From Scenedesmus sp. PABB004 (Eukaryota), in contig JABVCE010000012.1 in the NCBI GenBank assembly GCA_014905635.1, forward strand, positions 558,001 to 622,000: a DNA stretch of 64,000 nt. The letters run 5' to 3'. The notes under the pieces are model-generated. The model did not search any database. It was given only the letters and a program-made list of their open reading frames with translations, and was not told where the DNA came from. This document shows positions 11,901 to 29,009 of the stretch, piece by piece. Made by a program: the position numbers and the translations under genes. Every line of letters starts with the position of its first letter. Position 1 is the first letter of the stretch.

Positions 11901-14900
11901 CGCAGCCGGAGGTGGAGATTGTGGTCATGGCGCCGCCGCCGGCGCGGCCGCCGCGCTCCGCGCGCACCACGGGGACCTACCAGCGCGCGCCGCTGCCCGC
12001 GGGCGGCGCGCCCGGCAGCGGCGGCAGCCACGCGCACGCGCAGCAGCCCGCCGCGGCGGCGCCGGCCGCGCCGGCGCCCGCGGCGGCGCTCGCGATGCCC
12101 GCGCCCGCGACGCTGCCCGCGCGCGGGCGCAAGAGCGTCGCGGGGCTGCCGATGCGCGTGCCGGGGCCGAGCCTCGGCGATGCCGGCAGCGGCGCCCCGG
12201 GCGAGCTGGGCCCCGCGGCGGCGGCGCTCGCGGCGGCGGGCGGGCGGCGGCGCACGAGCGTGATGCCGCAGCGCGTGGCGCTCTACCAGCCCGAGTCGCC
12301 GCCCCGCGGCCGCGGCCTGGGCGGCGAGGCCGGCAAGCTGCTCTCAGCGCCGGGCTCGCCCGACAGCTGCGCGCACAGCGAGGCGTCCGCCACGCACAGC
12401 GTGGGCGGCGGCGGCGGCGACGCGCGCGCCGGCCACCACGGCGCCGCCACGCGGTGCGCCGCGGCGGCGGCGGCGGCGGCGCGCCCGCACCCGGTGCCAC
12501 CGCCCCTGCCGCGCGCGCTCACCCGCCCGCCCGCCGCGCTCTGCGCATCGCAGGCTATACAGCGCGCACCCCAAGCCGCACCTCGCGCACCCGGCGGCGC
12601 TGCAGCAGCAGCAGCACGGCGGCATCAGCCGCACCGCGTCGGCCACCGACGACCTGCAGCTCCTCGCCGCGCTGCGCGACCAGCAGGCCGCGGCGCAGCA
12701 GGCCGCGGCGACGCACCACCACCAGCAGCAGGCCGCGGCGGCGGCGGTCGCGTACCACCAGCACGCGGCCGCGCTGGACGGCCTCGCGGCGCAGGCGAGC
12801 GCGGCGTCGCTGTTCGCCGCCGCGCCGGCGCGCCCCGCGACGCTCGCCAAGGCCGTCGCGGGCGTGCTGGCCAACCCCAAGGGCTGGCAGGAGCGCGTGG
12901 AGCGCATCAACGCCCTCGCCGACGCGCTCGCGCGCCAGGCGCGCGCCGCGCGGCGCCGCCGCGACTGCTGCCACGCCGCGCCGCGCGCCTCCTCCCCGCC
13001 GCCGCCGCGCGCCCGAGCCGCCGCCGCGCGCGCCGACCGCCGCCGCCGCGGCAGGCCGAGGGTGGCGGCCCGCCCGAGGCGTTTCTAGAGCTGGAGAAGA
13101 CGCTGCCCAAGCTGCTCGCGGCCATGGACGACGCGCACTTCAAGGTCTCCCTCGCCGGCCTCGCCGCGCTGCAGGTAAAGTCGGGCTCGCGGCGCGGGCC
13201 AAGCTCCACGCATGCTGCGCGCGCCGCTGCCGCCGCGCCGCCGGCCCCGGCCGACCCCCCGGCCGAACCCCGCGCCGCGTGTGCAACGACGCAGATGTGC
13301 CTCGACGTGTGCCCGCACGTGATGGAGCCGTCGCTGGACAAGCTCATGCCGCTGCTCTTCCTCAAGCTCTGCGCCGCCAAGCCCGCGCAGCGCAGCGCGG
13401 CCGAGAGCGCGCTGCAGAGTGAGCGGGCGCCGCGCGCGCCGCTGTCGCCGCTGTCCCCGCCGTCCCTGCCCTCCCGCCGACACCGCGCCCCCCCCCCCCC
13501 CCCATCCCCCCTTCCGCAGCGTGCGCGGTGCGGCTGAGCGCGGACGCGCTGCTGCCGGCGCTGAACCGCTCGCTGGACTCGATGAAGCAGCCCGCGGCGC
13601 GCGTGAGCGTGATGGAGTTCACCGTCCTCTTCCTCGGCGACGGCAAGGCCGCGGGCGTGCCGACCTCGGCCACGCACCTCAGGCGCGCCGGCGCCGCCGC
13701 GCGGGCGCGGGAGGCGGGAGGCGCGGGGTTGTGGCAGGTCGCGGCGGGCACGCCTGCCGGCTGCCGGCGGGGGGCGCGTGCGGCGCGCGCTGACACGGGC
13801 CGGTCACGCGCTGCGCGACTCGCGGCGCAGGACGTGGCTGGGCAAGAACGTGCCGCTGCTGCTCGACAAGAACCCCAACGTGCGCGCGATGGCGGGCCGC
13901 GCGCTCGCGACGATGTATGCCATGGACCCCCACTCGGTGAGAGGGGAGGAGGGTTAGGGCGACGGCGCCTGCCCGTGCGGCAGGCCGTCACGGCGCGGCG
14001 CGCGTTGCCAGCCCGCGCAGCGGGAGCGCCGGGGTATCGGGAGCGGCGGCTCAGCAGCGCCCGCCCGCGCGCGCGCGCAGGTCGCGGCGTGCCTGCAGCA
14101 CGCGACGAGCCAGGAGGTGCTCGCGGTGCAGCGCAGCCTCGCGGCGGCCGAGGCGCGTGCCGCGGCGGAGGAGGACGACGAGGCCGCGGCGTCCGCGGCG
14201 GGCCTGACCGACCGCGTCGCCGCGTGGGCGCACCGCGGGCACTGGGGCACGCATGGCGGCGCGAGCACGAGCAGCAGCATGGACCTCTCCACCGCCTCGG
14301 CCGGCGGCGCGGAGCAGGCCGCGCACGGCCTCGCGGCGGGCGTGGCCGAGCTCTCGCTCGCCCCGGCGGCGGCGCGCGCGCGCGCACGGCGCGGCCGGCC
14401 ACGCGCCGCAGCAGCCCGCGGCGCCGGCGCCGGTGCACGCGGCGCCAGCGGCGCAGGCCGCCCCGCAGCAGCAGCTCCCCGCCGCAGGCGGTGGGAGCCA
14501 CAGCATTTACCAGCACCAGGCGGGTGCCGCGGACGCGCAGAGCGTGTGCAGCAGCCCCGGCGCCGCCGCGCAGCCGGGCGGCGGCGCGGTCGCGCGCGAC
14601 CTGCTGGGCCGGCCGGTCGCGGCGGCACCCGACGCCGGGCACACCACCACGACCTGTGTCGGCGCCGGCGCCGGCGCCGGCGCCGCGGCGCTGCTCGGCC
14701 TGGGCAGCGCCAACGGCAGCGGCGCGGGGTCGGCGTTCAGCAGCAGCGGCGGCGGCCTGCCCGGCGCCGGCGCCGGCGCACCGCCGCCGAGCCCGCCCGA
14801 GGGCGGCGCCATCAGCGCGGCGGCGGCGTCCGCCGCGGCCGCGGCCGCGGCCGGCGACGCGGGCAGCCAGGCGCGGCACCTCACGGTGCTCGTGCACCGC

Positions 14901-16095
14901 CTGCAGAGCCGCCCCGGGGAGGACGTGCTCGCCGAGCTCGCCGCGTGCGCGGGCACGGTGTGCAAGCAGGCGTGGGAGGAGAACTTCCAAAAGGTCGGCG
15001 GGCGGGGCAACTGCGACGGTCGCGCGCCGCGCGCGCCGCCGCCGCTGCAGACCGCACCGCGCGCCGCCACTGCGACGGCCTCTGCCGCTGGGGTGTGCCA
15101 ACCCGCCGCCGGCTGCCCGCGCCGCTGCCGCGCGCGCGCAGGTGCTGCTGGCGGGCCTGTCGGCGGCGCAGAACAGCCACGAGCCGATCCGGGAGCTCGC
15201 ATTCCTGCTCGTCCTCGCGCTCGCGCGGGCGCAGGGCGAGCTGTTCGAGCCGGTGCTGGACGTGGTGCTGCAGCCCCTGCTCGCCGGCTGCGCCGACGCG
15301 AGCCGCGAGGTGCGCGCGACGGCAGGGGGCGCGCGGCGCGCAGCAGCACGGCCGCCGGCCGCGGGGCGCAGCCTAGCGCGCGAACGCGCGCTGCCGACGG
15401 CTCGCCGCCGAGCAGGTGCTCGTGGCGGCGCAGCAGGCGCTGGACGTGCTCATGGCCAGCCAGCCGCCGCTGCGCTGCGTCGACATCCTCGCGCACAAGC
15501 TGCCCAGCGACGAGGCGACCGCGAGCGGCACCGCCGTGGACGGCGAGGTGCTCTGCGGCACCATCCGCTGCCTGCAGGTGCGTGCCGCGCGCATGGACCA
15601 CGCCGTGCCGCGCCGCGGCGGCCCCTGCGCCGTGGTGCCCGCGCGCGCGCGCGGCGCGCCGCCCACCCGCCGCCTGCGCGCGCGCGCAGGCTGTGTGCCG
15701 CCGCATGGCGCCGGGCGAGCTGCTCGCCGTCGCGCCGGCCCGGCTGCTGCCGGGGCTGTTTGCGGCGTTCAACCACCCCCGCCCCGACGTGCGCAAGGCC
15801 GTGGTGTTCTGCCTCGTCGACGTCTGGCTCGCCGCGGGCGACGGGTGCGCTCGGCAGCGCCTGGCTCGCGCGGCCGCCCGCCCGCCCGCCGCCGCGACGG
15901 CGGGGATGCACGCCCCCGCGCGTCGCCGCGACGCCGCCGTCCTCTGCCCCCGCCCCCTCCACCCGCCGCCGCCACCGCCGCAGGCTGACGCCGCACCTCT
16001 CCAGCCTGCCCTGCTCGCAGCTGAAGCTGCTGACCATCTACTACAACAGGAGCCAGGCCGGCACGCAGCAGCGCGCGCAGTACGCCGCGCGCTGA
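8930..16095 (+). CDS. CLASP: CLIP-associating protein (CLASP), TOG/HEAT-repeat microtubule regulator, multi-exon
   Basis: Spliced exons: LLGDNNFK|VAL..VERLGDNRQEVRQAA; FWGHKHWKVRHG; DWEKR..AMVRL; DRRSAVARQAAHL; LFKGLVITVQ|VVSESAD; KDRSAKLRKHC; DALSETRAAGR; DAHFKV; C-terminal LPGLFAAFNHPRPDVRKAVVFCLVD..QLKLLTIYYNR. These are hallmark CLASP motifs. Apparent frameshift at a (CG)n tract ~14375. Confidence 0.93.
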
Positions 16096-16436
16096 GCGGG
16101 GCGGCCCGGGCGCGGGCGGCGGCTGGGGCGCGGTCGCTGGGGGCTGCGGCGTGCGATCTCGCGCGGCTGGGCACTGCACAGGCGGCGGGCAGTTGGCGGT
16201 GGCGGTTGGGCGGGGCGGGGCGCCGCGCGTGACCAGCGCGGCCAGGGCGTGGGAGCCAGGGCTCGGGGGGTGGGGCTTGGCGGCGCTTCCGCCGGCGGTG
16301 ACGAGCGTGTTCCGCTCGACAGATCGCACTGGGCCGCGAGCGCCCGCGCAGCAGCCCGCGGCGCCGGGAGCGAGCAGCGCCGGGCCCGCCATCCAGCGGC
16401 GGCGCCGCCGCTGCTCCCTCTCTCGCGGCCGACGCG

Positions 16437-18193
16437 ATGTCGTCCCTAGCTGCCGCCGTGGCGTCAATGGTGCCGTCGGAGCTGGTCTCCGCCCTCGCCG
16501 CCGCTGCAGCGTTCTGGCGGGGGCTGCCCTTCGCCGCCGTCTTCGCCGGGCACTGCTGCTTCTGCGCGATGGCCGGGCGCGGCCTGCGCGACCGCTTTGC
16601 GCTGCACTACGTGGTGCGCTGCTTCTGGGTTTGCCGCCGCAGCCGGGCGGCTCGGGCCAGCGCCAGCGCCCCGACCGCGCAGCGCTGCTGCCCGCGCGGC
16701 TCCGCCGCAGCTCACGTTCCTGTGGGGCAACGGCGGCGGCGTGGTCACGGCGCTGCTGCTGATGGTGCGCCGCCGCGCAGCGGGGGCGCGCGGCGGCGGC
16801 CGGCCAGGGGCGCGGCCCGCAGCCCCGCCGGCGCCGGCCGAGCGTGCCTCGCCGCGCCGCGCCGCGCCGCGTGCAGGCGCCGCAGCACGCCAAGTTTTCG
16901 TTCTTTGCGAGCAACGAGGTCCTGGGCATCTGGACGGCCTGCTGGTGCGCCGGCGCGCTTGCGCGGCACGGCGCGCGGCGGCGCGCGATGCGCGCGCGCG
17001 GCGCCGAGCGCGCGCGGCGCCGCGCAGGTGGCTCGTGAGCTACTGCCCCGGCGAGCTGCCCTACCGGCTGCTGAGCCACTGGTACATCAAGGTGTGGCGC
17101 CGGCAGCGGTGCCCTGGCGGGCGCCGGCGCAGCGCCCAGGCGGCGGTCGCCGCCGCGCCCGCCCACGGTCCCACGTGCCGCTCGCCGCGCCGCGCTGCGC
17201 CGCGCCGAGCAGCTGTTTGCGCGCAGCTGCACGGCGCTGCTGCGGGCGATGCTCATCGTCTCGCGGGTGCGCGGCGCCGCCGCGGGGCGCGCGCGCGCTC
17301 TTGCTCACAGGGCGGCCACCGCGGGGCGCGGCCCAGCGACGGACCGCCGCCGCCGCCGCCGCCGGGCGCGCGGCACCGCGCAGGTGGACCTCGCGGTCGC
17401 GCTCTATCCCGGCATCGCCGCGGCGCCGCTGCTGCTCGGCACGCTCGCGGGCTGCGGCGGGCGGCTCATCGCGGACGCGCTGCTCACCGCGTGGGGCGCG
17501 CTGCCGGGGCTCGCGGAGCTCTCGTCGCCCGGCTTTGTGAGCCGCTCCGCCGCGCTCGCGGCGGCCAGCTACTACGCCCTCGCCCACGCCGCCGGCGTGC
17601 TGCCGCCCGACGCCGCGGCGGGGCTGGTGATCACGACCCTGGTGCGGCCGGCGCGCGTGGGCGCGCGTGGCGCGCACTCGGTGCGCACGCGGTGCGCACG
17701 CTCATGCGCGCGCCGACCGCGGCTGCCGCGCCCGTGCCCGCGCCAGGTGCTGCACAGCGCGGCGTCCGAGGCGACCGGCCTGGACCTGGACTTCACCGCC
17801 CCCGTGGCGCGCCTGCTGCACACGCTCACGTGCGAGCACGCGCGCCCCTCCCCGGCCCGCAAGCGAGCGCCCGCCAGCGAGCGCCCGGTCCGCGCAGCTG
17901 ACCGGCCCCCGCCGCCGCCGCCCCTATCGCAGGCTCGTGCCCCTGCCGCCGCCGCAGCCGGTGCCGGCGCCGGCGGTGGTGTTCAGCAAGGCGCACGCCC
18001 CGCCCGCCGTCGCCAGCAGAGCCGCCAGGCCCCGCGTGCGGGCGGCGGACGACGGCGCCGGCGCGGCGCGTGCGTGGCTGGCGACGAGGAGCCGAACAGC
18101 CCGCGCGTCGTCAAGCGTGCGGCGGCCGGCGGCGAGGGCAGCCTGGCGGCCACGCGGCCGCGCCGCTCGCAGCGGCGGGCGGTGGCGGCATAG
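16437..18193 (+). CDS. TRIC/TMEM38-like trimeric intracellular cation channel, multi-exon
   Basis: Spliced product has about 7 hydrophobic segments with paired Gly motifs (FLWGNGGGVVTALLL; LLGTLAGCGGRLIAD), WWLVSYCPG, ELSSPGFVSRS and LDFTAP, as in TRIC-family proteins. Start is ATG 16437 or 16467. The end is uncertain (18193 or 18278, possible indel near 18070). Confidence 0.65.
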
Positions 18194-18509
18194 GGGGCGC
18201 GCGGCGCTGGGAGCTTGGCCTGCGCCTGGGCAGCGCGCGGGTGGCTGGGTCTCCGGCGTGGCGGCCAGACTGATCTGAAACTGGGCATGTCCGTGTTTCC
18301 AGGCACACTGCCCCCACACCCCCGACAGCCCACCACACACGCGCCGGCGCACGGGCAGCCAGCCGCCGACACGGCCGCGCGCCGCGCGGCAGGCGCGCCG
18401 CCCGCCCAGCCGCTGTCTCGAGTCCAGCCAACTTGGCGGCGCTCCTCCCCGCCGCCGCTCCTCCCCGCCGCCGCCGCCGGGCCGCCGCCGGGCCGCCACT
18501 ACGCGGCGC

Positions 18510-20113
18510 TCAGCTGCGGCTGCGGCGCGGCGGGCTGCGGCTGCCGGCGGCGGCCGGGCTGCGGCCGCGGCGCGGCGGCGAGCCGCTGGCGGCCCGGCCG
18601 GGCGGGGAGCGGCTGTCCCTGCGCCGCGGCGGGGGGCTGCCGCGCCGGTCCTCGGGCGGCGGCGAGCCGCGGCGCCGGTCGCCGGGCGGCGAGCCGCGGC
18701 GCCGGTCCTCGGGCGGCGAGGCGCGGCGGCGCGGCGGGGAGCCGCTGCGGTCGCGGCGGCGGGGCGGGCTGTCGTCGTCGCGGCGGCGCCGCGGGCTCCC
18801 GTCGCGGTCGCGGTCGCGGCGAGGGCTGTAGTCGCGGCGGGGCGGGCTGCGCGGCGGGCGGGCGGCGGGCGGGGCGGTCAGCGCAAGCCAGCGGCGAGGG
18901 CCCGCGCGGCGCCGCCGCAGCGCGCACGCGTGTACGCGCGCAGCGCGCGGCGCGCACCTGCGGCCCCTGTAGCCGCCGCCGCCGCCGCCGCCGGGCGCGC
19001 GGTTGCGGCAGTCGCGCGCGATGTGGCCGACCTCGTTGCACTCGTAGCACCTGGGGTTGAGAGGCGGGGGAGCGGGGCGGGCGGCAGGCGGCGAGCGATG
19101 AGCGCGCCGCTCTGTGCCTGTGCCCGGCCGGGCGCGCGCACGCACGCGCAGCAGCCGCCGGCGGCGCCCGCGCACCTCAGCTCGCCGCGGCCGCCGCCAA
19201 AGCCGCGGCCGCCGCCAAAGTCGCGGCCGCCGCCAAAGTCGCGCGAGGGCCCCGCGCCGGGCGTGCGCCGGGAGATCTCCACGCGCCAGCCGTGGACGCC
19301 TGGGCGACGCACGAAGGGGGGGGGGGGGGGGGGCGGGGCGGCGCGCCGCAGGACGAAGGGGCGGGGGCGCAGGGATGAGTCGACGCGCCCGGGCGGCCGA
19401 GCAGGGGCGTGGCGTGGGGCGCCCACACGCAGCGAGACGGCGGCGCCGCGGGCGCCGGTGGCGGGGCGACGCGGCTCCACGGACGCGGCGGCGCAGGCGC
19501 AGGGCGCGTGGCGTGGCGTGGCGTGGCGCAGGGGCCGACGAGACGGGAGGGGAGGCGCCGCGTGTGCCGCGTGCCGCGTGGCGTGCCGATCGCTGCGCCG
19601 CGCCGCCGCCGCTGCTGCCGCTGTCGCAGCGTAGCCGGGGGCGCGCGCTGGGCGGCGTGGACGTGCAGGGGCGCGCTTGGGCTGTCGCCAGGAGCGCTCG
19701 GGAGTCGTGCCGCGACGCAGGCGCGCGCCGCGGGAAGGCCGCGTGATGCCGCCGGCCGGGGAGGCGCCGCCGGGGCTCGCGGGCGCGCCTCACGCACCGT
19801 CCAGGCGGCGCACGGCGTCCTCGGCGTCGCGGGCGTCCTCAAACTCCACGAAGGCGAAGCCAGGCGGCTTGCGGGCCACCCAGATGGAGCGAATCTGGCC
19901 GTAGCGCCCGAACTGGGCGCCCACGCGGCGCGGCGGCGGGTGCGGGCAGTGCGGTCGGGCGCGGCGGACCCCGAGCGCGGCGCTGAGGGGGCGCGGGGGC
20001 CGCGGCGGCGCGGGGCGGGCCGGGGCGGCTGCGCGCGCCCGCACCTCGTCCTCGAGCTCGCGCTCCTGCGTGTCCGGGCGGAGGCCACCCACGTAGCAGC
20101 GACTGCTCGCCAT
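18510..20113 (-). CDS. RSZ/9G8 (SRSF7)-type serine/arginine-rich splicing factor (RRM + CCHC zinc knuckle + RS/SP domain)
   Basis: [65 protein letters not shown]; one knuckle [14 protein letters not shown]; tail of SPPRR/RSRS repeats ending at TGA 18510-18512. Confidence 0.93.
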
Positions 20114-20687
20114 GTTTGCGATCAGGGGGCGCGCGCGCGCTCGCCTAAGGGGGCGGGAGCAAGCGGGATGGTGTGCCGCGCCTGCGGCTGTGCGCGCTGT
20201 GGCTGTGGGGCGGTGGTGGTGGGGCAGGGGGCCAGTGCGCAGAGAGCGAGCGAGAGAGCGAGAGGGCGCGGTGCGATCGATCGGCGCGCGGCGCGAACGA
20301 CGGCGGCGGCGCAGGGTCCAAGCCGGCGGCGCGCCGGCCCCCACGCCCGGGCTCTCGCAATGTGTTGCGGCCTCCGCACATGTTTCCAGGCCCGCTGCAC
20401 GCCGCGTCTGCGCCCTGGGCACCGCCGCCCGCGTGCCACGGCTGCCGGGCGGGCGCGGACGCGCGGCGACGCGCCCCTGCCGCCAGCGCCCGGCGACGGC
20501 GTGGGAGCGCGGCCCGCCCAGGTGGGCACTGCCTGCGCGGCCGGCCGGTTGCCAGCGCGCGCCGCCTCGCCGCCGCCAACTTGCCTCCCTCGCCACGCGC
20601 GCGCACCACGCACCACGCCTCCGGCAGCGCCCCACGCGCCCACGCGCGCGCCCAGCCACGGGCGGCCTGCCTCGCCTCGCCCAAGTA

Positions 20688-21723
20688 TCAGTCGGCGTCT
20701 GAGCTGAGGTCATCGGAATCGCGAGAGTCAGGGCCGCCGTCCAGCCTGCGCCCGGATCCACGCGACCACGGCCTCGTGGCCGGCGCGTGCTGCTCGCGCT
20801 CGCACTCGGCGCGACGCCACGGGCAGCCGTGCGCGCGCAGCCAGCGCAGCACCTCCAGGTGCCCCCACTCAGCCGCCACGCAGCACACCCCCGCGCCCCA
20901 CCGCGCGGGCTCGGCCTGGGCGCGCGCCCAGCGCAGCATCTCCAGGTCGCCGCGCTCTGCAGCCCAATAGCACACGTCGTCGTCCCAGGGCAGCGGCGGC
21001 GCCTGCGCGCGCGCCCAGCGCAGCACGCCCAGTGGCCCGCCCCAGGCTGCTGCCTCGCACGCGCTGCTCAGGTCCAGCCCCTCGCCGCGCGCCCACTCCA
21101 GCACGGCGATCTGGCCTGCCCGCGCCGCTTCCCAGACCACGCTGTCATGCACTGCATACACGTCGCCCATGCTGCAGCCGGCGCCGCGCAGCCAGGCCAG
21201 CCCCGCCACGTCGCCGCACGCCGCGCGCGCCCTGGCCAGCTGAAGCCGGTCGCTGCCCCCCACTGCCCGCCAAGCCTCTCGCACCGCCGCAAGCGGCAGC
21301 TCGGGGCAGCACAGCGAGACGACCGTGGCACCGCGGAAGCGCTCGCGCGCCGCCTTGCACACCAGCTTGGCGGCCCACGCCTGCAGGGCCGGCGGCAGCA
21401 AGCTCAGGGCGTGGAGCACGAGCGGCTCGGGCAGGTCGCGCCACAGGGAGCTGGCGGCGCGGGCGGCGCGGGCGGGTGCGCGGGTGCGGCGGTGAGGCAG
21501 CGCGCGGTGCTTGCTGGAGCTGGCCGTGGCTCGCTGCTGAGCGCCCGCGCGGCCAGAAGCGGCAGCCGGGGGCGCCCCCAGCAGCAGCGTCCCACCTCCC
21601 CGCCTCCTCGCCAGCGCCCGCCTTGCGCTGCGCTGCCGCCGGCGCCGCGCTCGCTGCTGCTGCGGCAGCCTGCGCGCGTGTGGTCGGCCCGGCATGCCGC
21701 TTGCCGTCTGGCGCAGCTGACAT
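20688..21723 (-). CDS. F-box-like + ankyrin-like repeat protein, cassette copy B (coding exons 21723-21596 and 21450-20688)
   Basis: ATG 21723 [20 protein letters not shown]; phase-2 GT-AG intron 21595-21451; then [32 protein letters not shown] (F-box-like) and repeats of the form VC..AA..G.L..L.WAR...PW. Acidic tail. The last helix is read in a shifted frame between two compensating indels. Confidence 0.8.
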
Positions 21724-22283
21724 GAGCCACCTGACAGCCTGCGGGCCACCAGCGACCAGCAGGCGGCAGGGCAAGCGCGCGGGCGCGGCGTGAGCGGAGC
21801 AGCAGCGGCAGCCCGCGCCCGCCCCGGCGCGGCGGTGCGGCGGCGGGCCTGCCAGCGGCGCCCGGGGCGCGCGAAACCAGCGACCCACGCGACACGCCCG
21901 CCCGCCGCGCAGCGCCGCTGCCCCCGCCGCCCGCAGCGGGCGCCGCGCAGCACGGCCCGCCCGCCGCTGCTGCCCTCCCCGCCTGCCCGCGCGCCCAGCT
22001 CGCCTGGCGCTGCGCTGGTCGGCACGGCCTGGTCGCCAGGCGCCCGCAGGTCCGCGCCCAGCCTGACCAGGGGCGCGCCGCGGGCGGGCGCGGGCGCTGG
22101 GCGGCGGCAGTGGTGCGTGCGGAAGCTGTGGGCGGCGCGGCCGGCGCTTGTGTGAGTGTGTGTGTGGCAGGGGGCTGAGGACGGCGGCTGTGGGCGGCGG
22201 GGCGGCGCGCAGGGGGGGGGGCTCCTCGGGGGCGGCGCGGCGGGCAGCCAGCCGGGCGGCGCCTGCGCCCTGGCACCGCCGCC
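20688..22283 (-). repeat. F-box/ankyrin cassette copy B (whole unit including conserved upstream region and GC-AG 5'UTR intron)
   Basis: Aligns by eye along its length with copies A and C-F. Its 5' edge lies about 90 nt after the AP-4 beta stop codon. Confidence 0.9.
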
Positions 22284-22371
22284 TGCGCACGCACGGCCGC
22301 GGCTCGCGCTCGTTGCTCGCGCGCGGCCCGGTTGCGGCGCGCGCCCCGCTCCCCGCGCGCGGCCCGGGGCC

Positions 22372-27198
<4,827 letters not shown>

Positions 27199-27240
27199 GG
27201 CGGCGGGCGCCCCCGGCCGACCCGGCGCCCGCCCTGGCGC

Positions 27241-29009
27241 GGGCGGCGCGCGGGCGGGCCGCGGCGGGCCGGCGGCGCTGCTGCTGCGCGTGCGCGTGCG
27301 CGCGCCCGGCGAGCTCGCGTCTGGGAGGGGGCGGAGTCGGGGGCTTCGTGGACGCGCCACTGTGTGCGCGATCGCAGGCAGAGCGCGGGTCGTCGACCAA
27401 AGCAGCGACGGCGGCGGTGCAAGGGCCCAGGCCGCCCGCCGCCGTGCGACGCCCCCGCCACACAGCCACACAGCCGCCGCCCTCCTCAGCAGCGCCCCTG
27501 CCACGCACAACCTCCCAGTGCACCCCCCGCCGCCTACGCGCGCGCCGTTCGAAGCGCGGCGCCCCCGCCCCCGCCCGCGGCGCGCCCCTGGCCAGGCGGG
27601 GCGCGGACCTGCGGGCGCGTGGTGACTAGATCGTGCCGCCCAGCGCAGCGCCAGGCGAGCCGGGCGCGCGGGCAGGCGGGGAGGGCGCCGGCGGGCGGGC
27701 TGCGCCGCGCAGCGCCCGCTGCAGGCGGCGGGGGCGCCGGCGGTGCGCGGCGGGCGGTCGTATGGCCTGGGCCGCTGGGCCTGTGCGCCCCGGGCGCCGC
27801 TGGCAGGCCCGCCGCCACGTCGCCGCGCCGGGGCGGGGGCGGGCGCCGCACGCGCTGCTGCTGCCTTGCTCACGCCGCCCGCGCGCTCGCCCTGCCGCCT
27901 GCTGCTCCCTGGTGGCCCGCAGGCTGTGAGGTGGCGCCATGTCTGCTGCGCCAGACGGCAAGCGGCGCGCCGGGCCGACCACGCGCGCGCGGGGCGGCTG
28001 CAGCGGGCGCGGCGGCGGCGCCAGCGGCAGCGCAGCGCAAGGCGGGCGCTGGCGAGGAGGCGGGGAGGTGGGTGCGCTCTGCTGCTGCTGCTGGGGGGTG
28101 CCCCCGGCTGCCGCTGCTGGCCAGGCGGGCGCTGAGCGGCGAGCCACAGCCAGGTCCGCCACGCGCCGCTCGCTGCCTCACCGCCGCACCCGCGCACCCG
28201 CCCGCCCCGCCCGCGCCGCCAGCTCCCTGTGGCGCGACCTGCCCGAGCCGCTCGTGCTCCACGCCCTGAGCTTGCTGCCGCCGGCCCTGCAGGCGTGGGC
28301 CGCCAAGCTGGTCTGCAAGGCGGCGCGCGAGCGCTTCGGCGGCGCCACGGTCGTCTCGCTGTGCTGCCCCGAGCTGCCGCTCGCGGCGGTGCAGGAGGGC
28401 TGGCGGGCGGTGCAGGACGACAGGCAGCAGCAGGAGCGGCTGGCAGCGGCGCGCGCTGTGTGCGGCGACGTGGCGGGGCTGGCCTGGCTGCGCGGCGCCG
28501 GCTGCTACGTGGAGCACGTGTGCTACGCAGCAGCGAAGCATGGCCAGATCGCCGTGCTGGAGTGGATGCGCGACGAGGGACTGCACCTGCAGCACGTGCG
28601 CATCCCAGCAGCCGAGGGCGGGCAGCTGGCGGTGCTGCGCTGGGCGCGCGCGCATATACCGCTGCCCTGGGGCAACGGTGTGTGCTACTTTGCCGCACTG
28701 CGCGGTGGCGTGGAGGTGCTGCGCTGGGCGCGCGCGCAGACGCCGCCCGTGCCGTGGGGCACCGGCGTGTGCTGGGCGGCGGCTTTGAACGGGCACTTGG
28801 AGGCGCTGCGCTGGCTGCGCGCCAGCGGCTGCCCCTGGCGCCGCGCTGGATGCGAGGTCGAGGCGGCCAGGCGTGGCCACGAGGCCGTGGTCGCGTGGAT
28901 TCGGGCGCAGCCTGTGTCGCCGGACGACGAATACCACAGCTCTGAGAGCGAGGGCGGGGACGGCGGCAGCTCCGACTCGGACGCCGCGAGCTCGGACGAC
29001 GACGCCTGA
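27241..29009 (+). repeat. F-box/ankyrin cassette copy C (core from ~27411; 27241-27410 shared only with copy D)
   Basis: Aligns with the other copies. GC donor CCAG|GCGAGC at ~27655, acceptor CCCGCAG at 27922, ATG 27939, intron 28068-28222. Confidence 0.9.
27939..29009 (+). CDS. F-box-like + ankyrin-like repeat protein, copy C
   Basis: [15 protein letters not shown]..; [30 protein letters not shown]; ankyrin-like repeats; acidic Ser/Asp tail. The first coding exon is 2 nt short of phase 2 (indel at the CG tract ~27985), so the frame is open only if the intron is retained or the indel is an assembly error. Confidence 0.7.
   Translation: MSAAPDGKRRAGPTTRARGGCSGRGGGASGSAAQGGRWRGGGEVGALCCCCWGVPPAAAAGQAGAERRATARSATRRSLPHRRTRAPARPARAASSLWRDLPEPLVLHALSLLPPALQAWAAKLVCKAARERFGGATVVSLCCPELPLAAVQEGWRAVQDDRQQQERLAAARAVCGDVAGLAWLRGAGCYVEHVCYAAAKHGQIAVLEWMRDEGLHLQHVRIPAAEGGQLAVLRWARAHIPLPWGNGVCYFAALRGGVEVLRWARAQTPPVPWGTGVCWAAALNGHLEALRWLRASGCPWRRAGCEVEAARRGHEAVVAWIRAQPVSPDDEYHSSESEGGDGGSSDSDAASSDDDA

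Noticed and set aside
27590..27632. Hairpin-like CCAGGCG...CGC(C/G)TGG followed by CTAG as a Helitron 3' end
   Set aside because: It is internal to the unit, CTAG is not conserved (CCAG in A and B) and it is mostly not followed by T.
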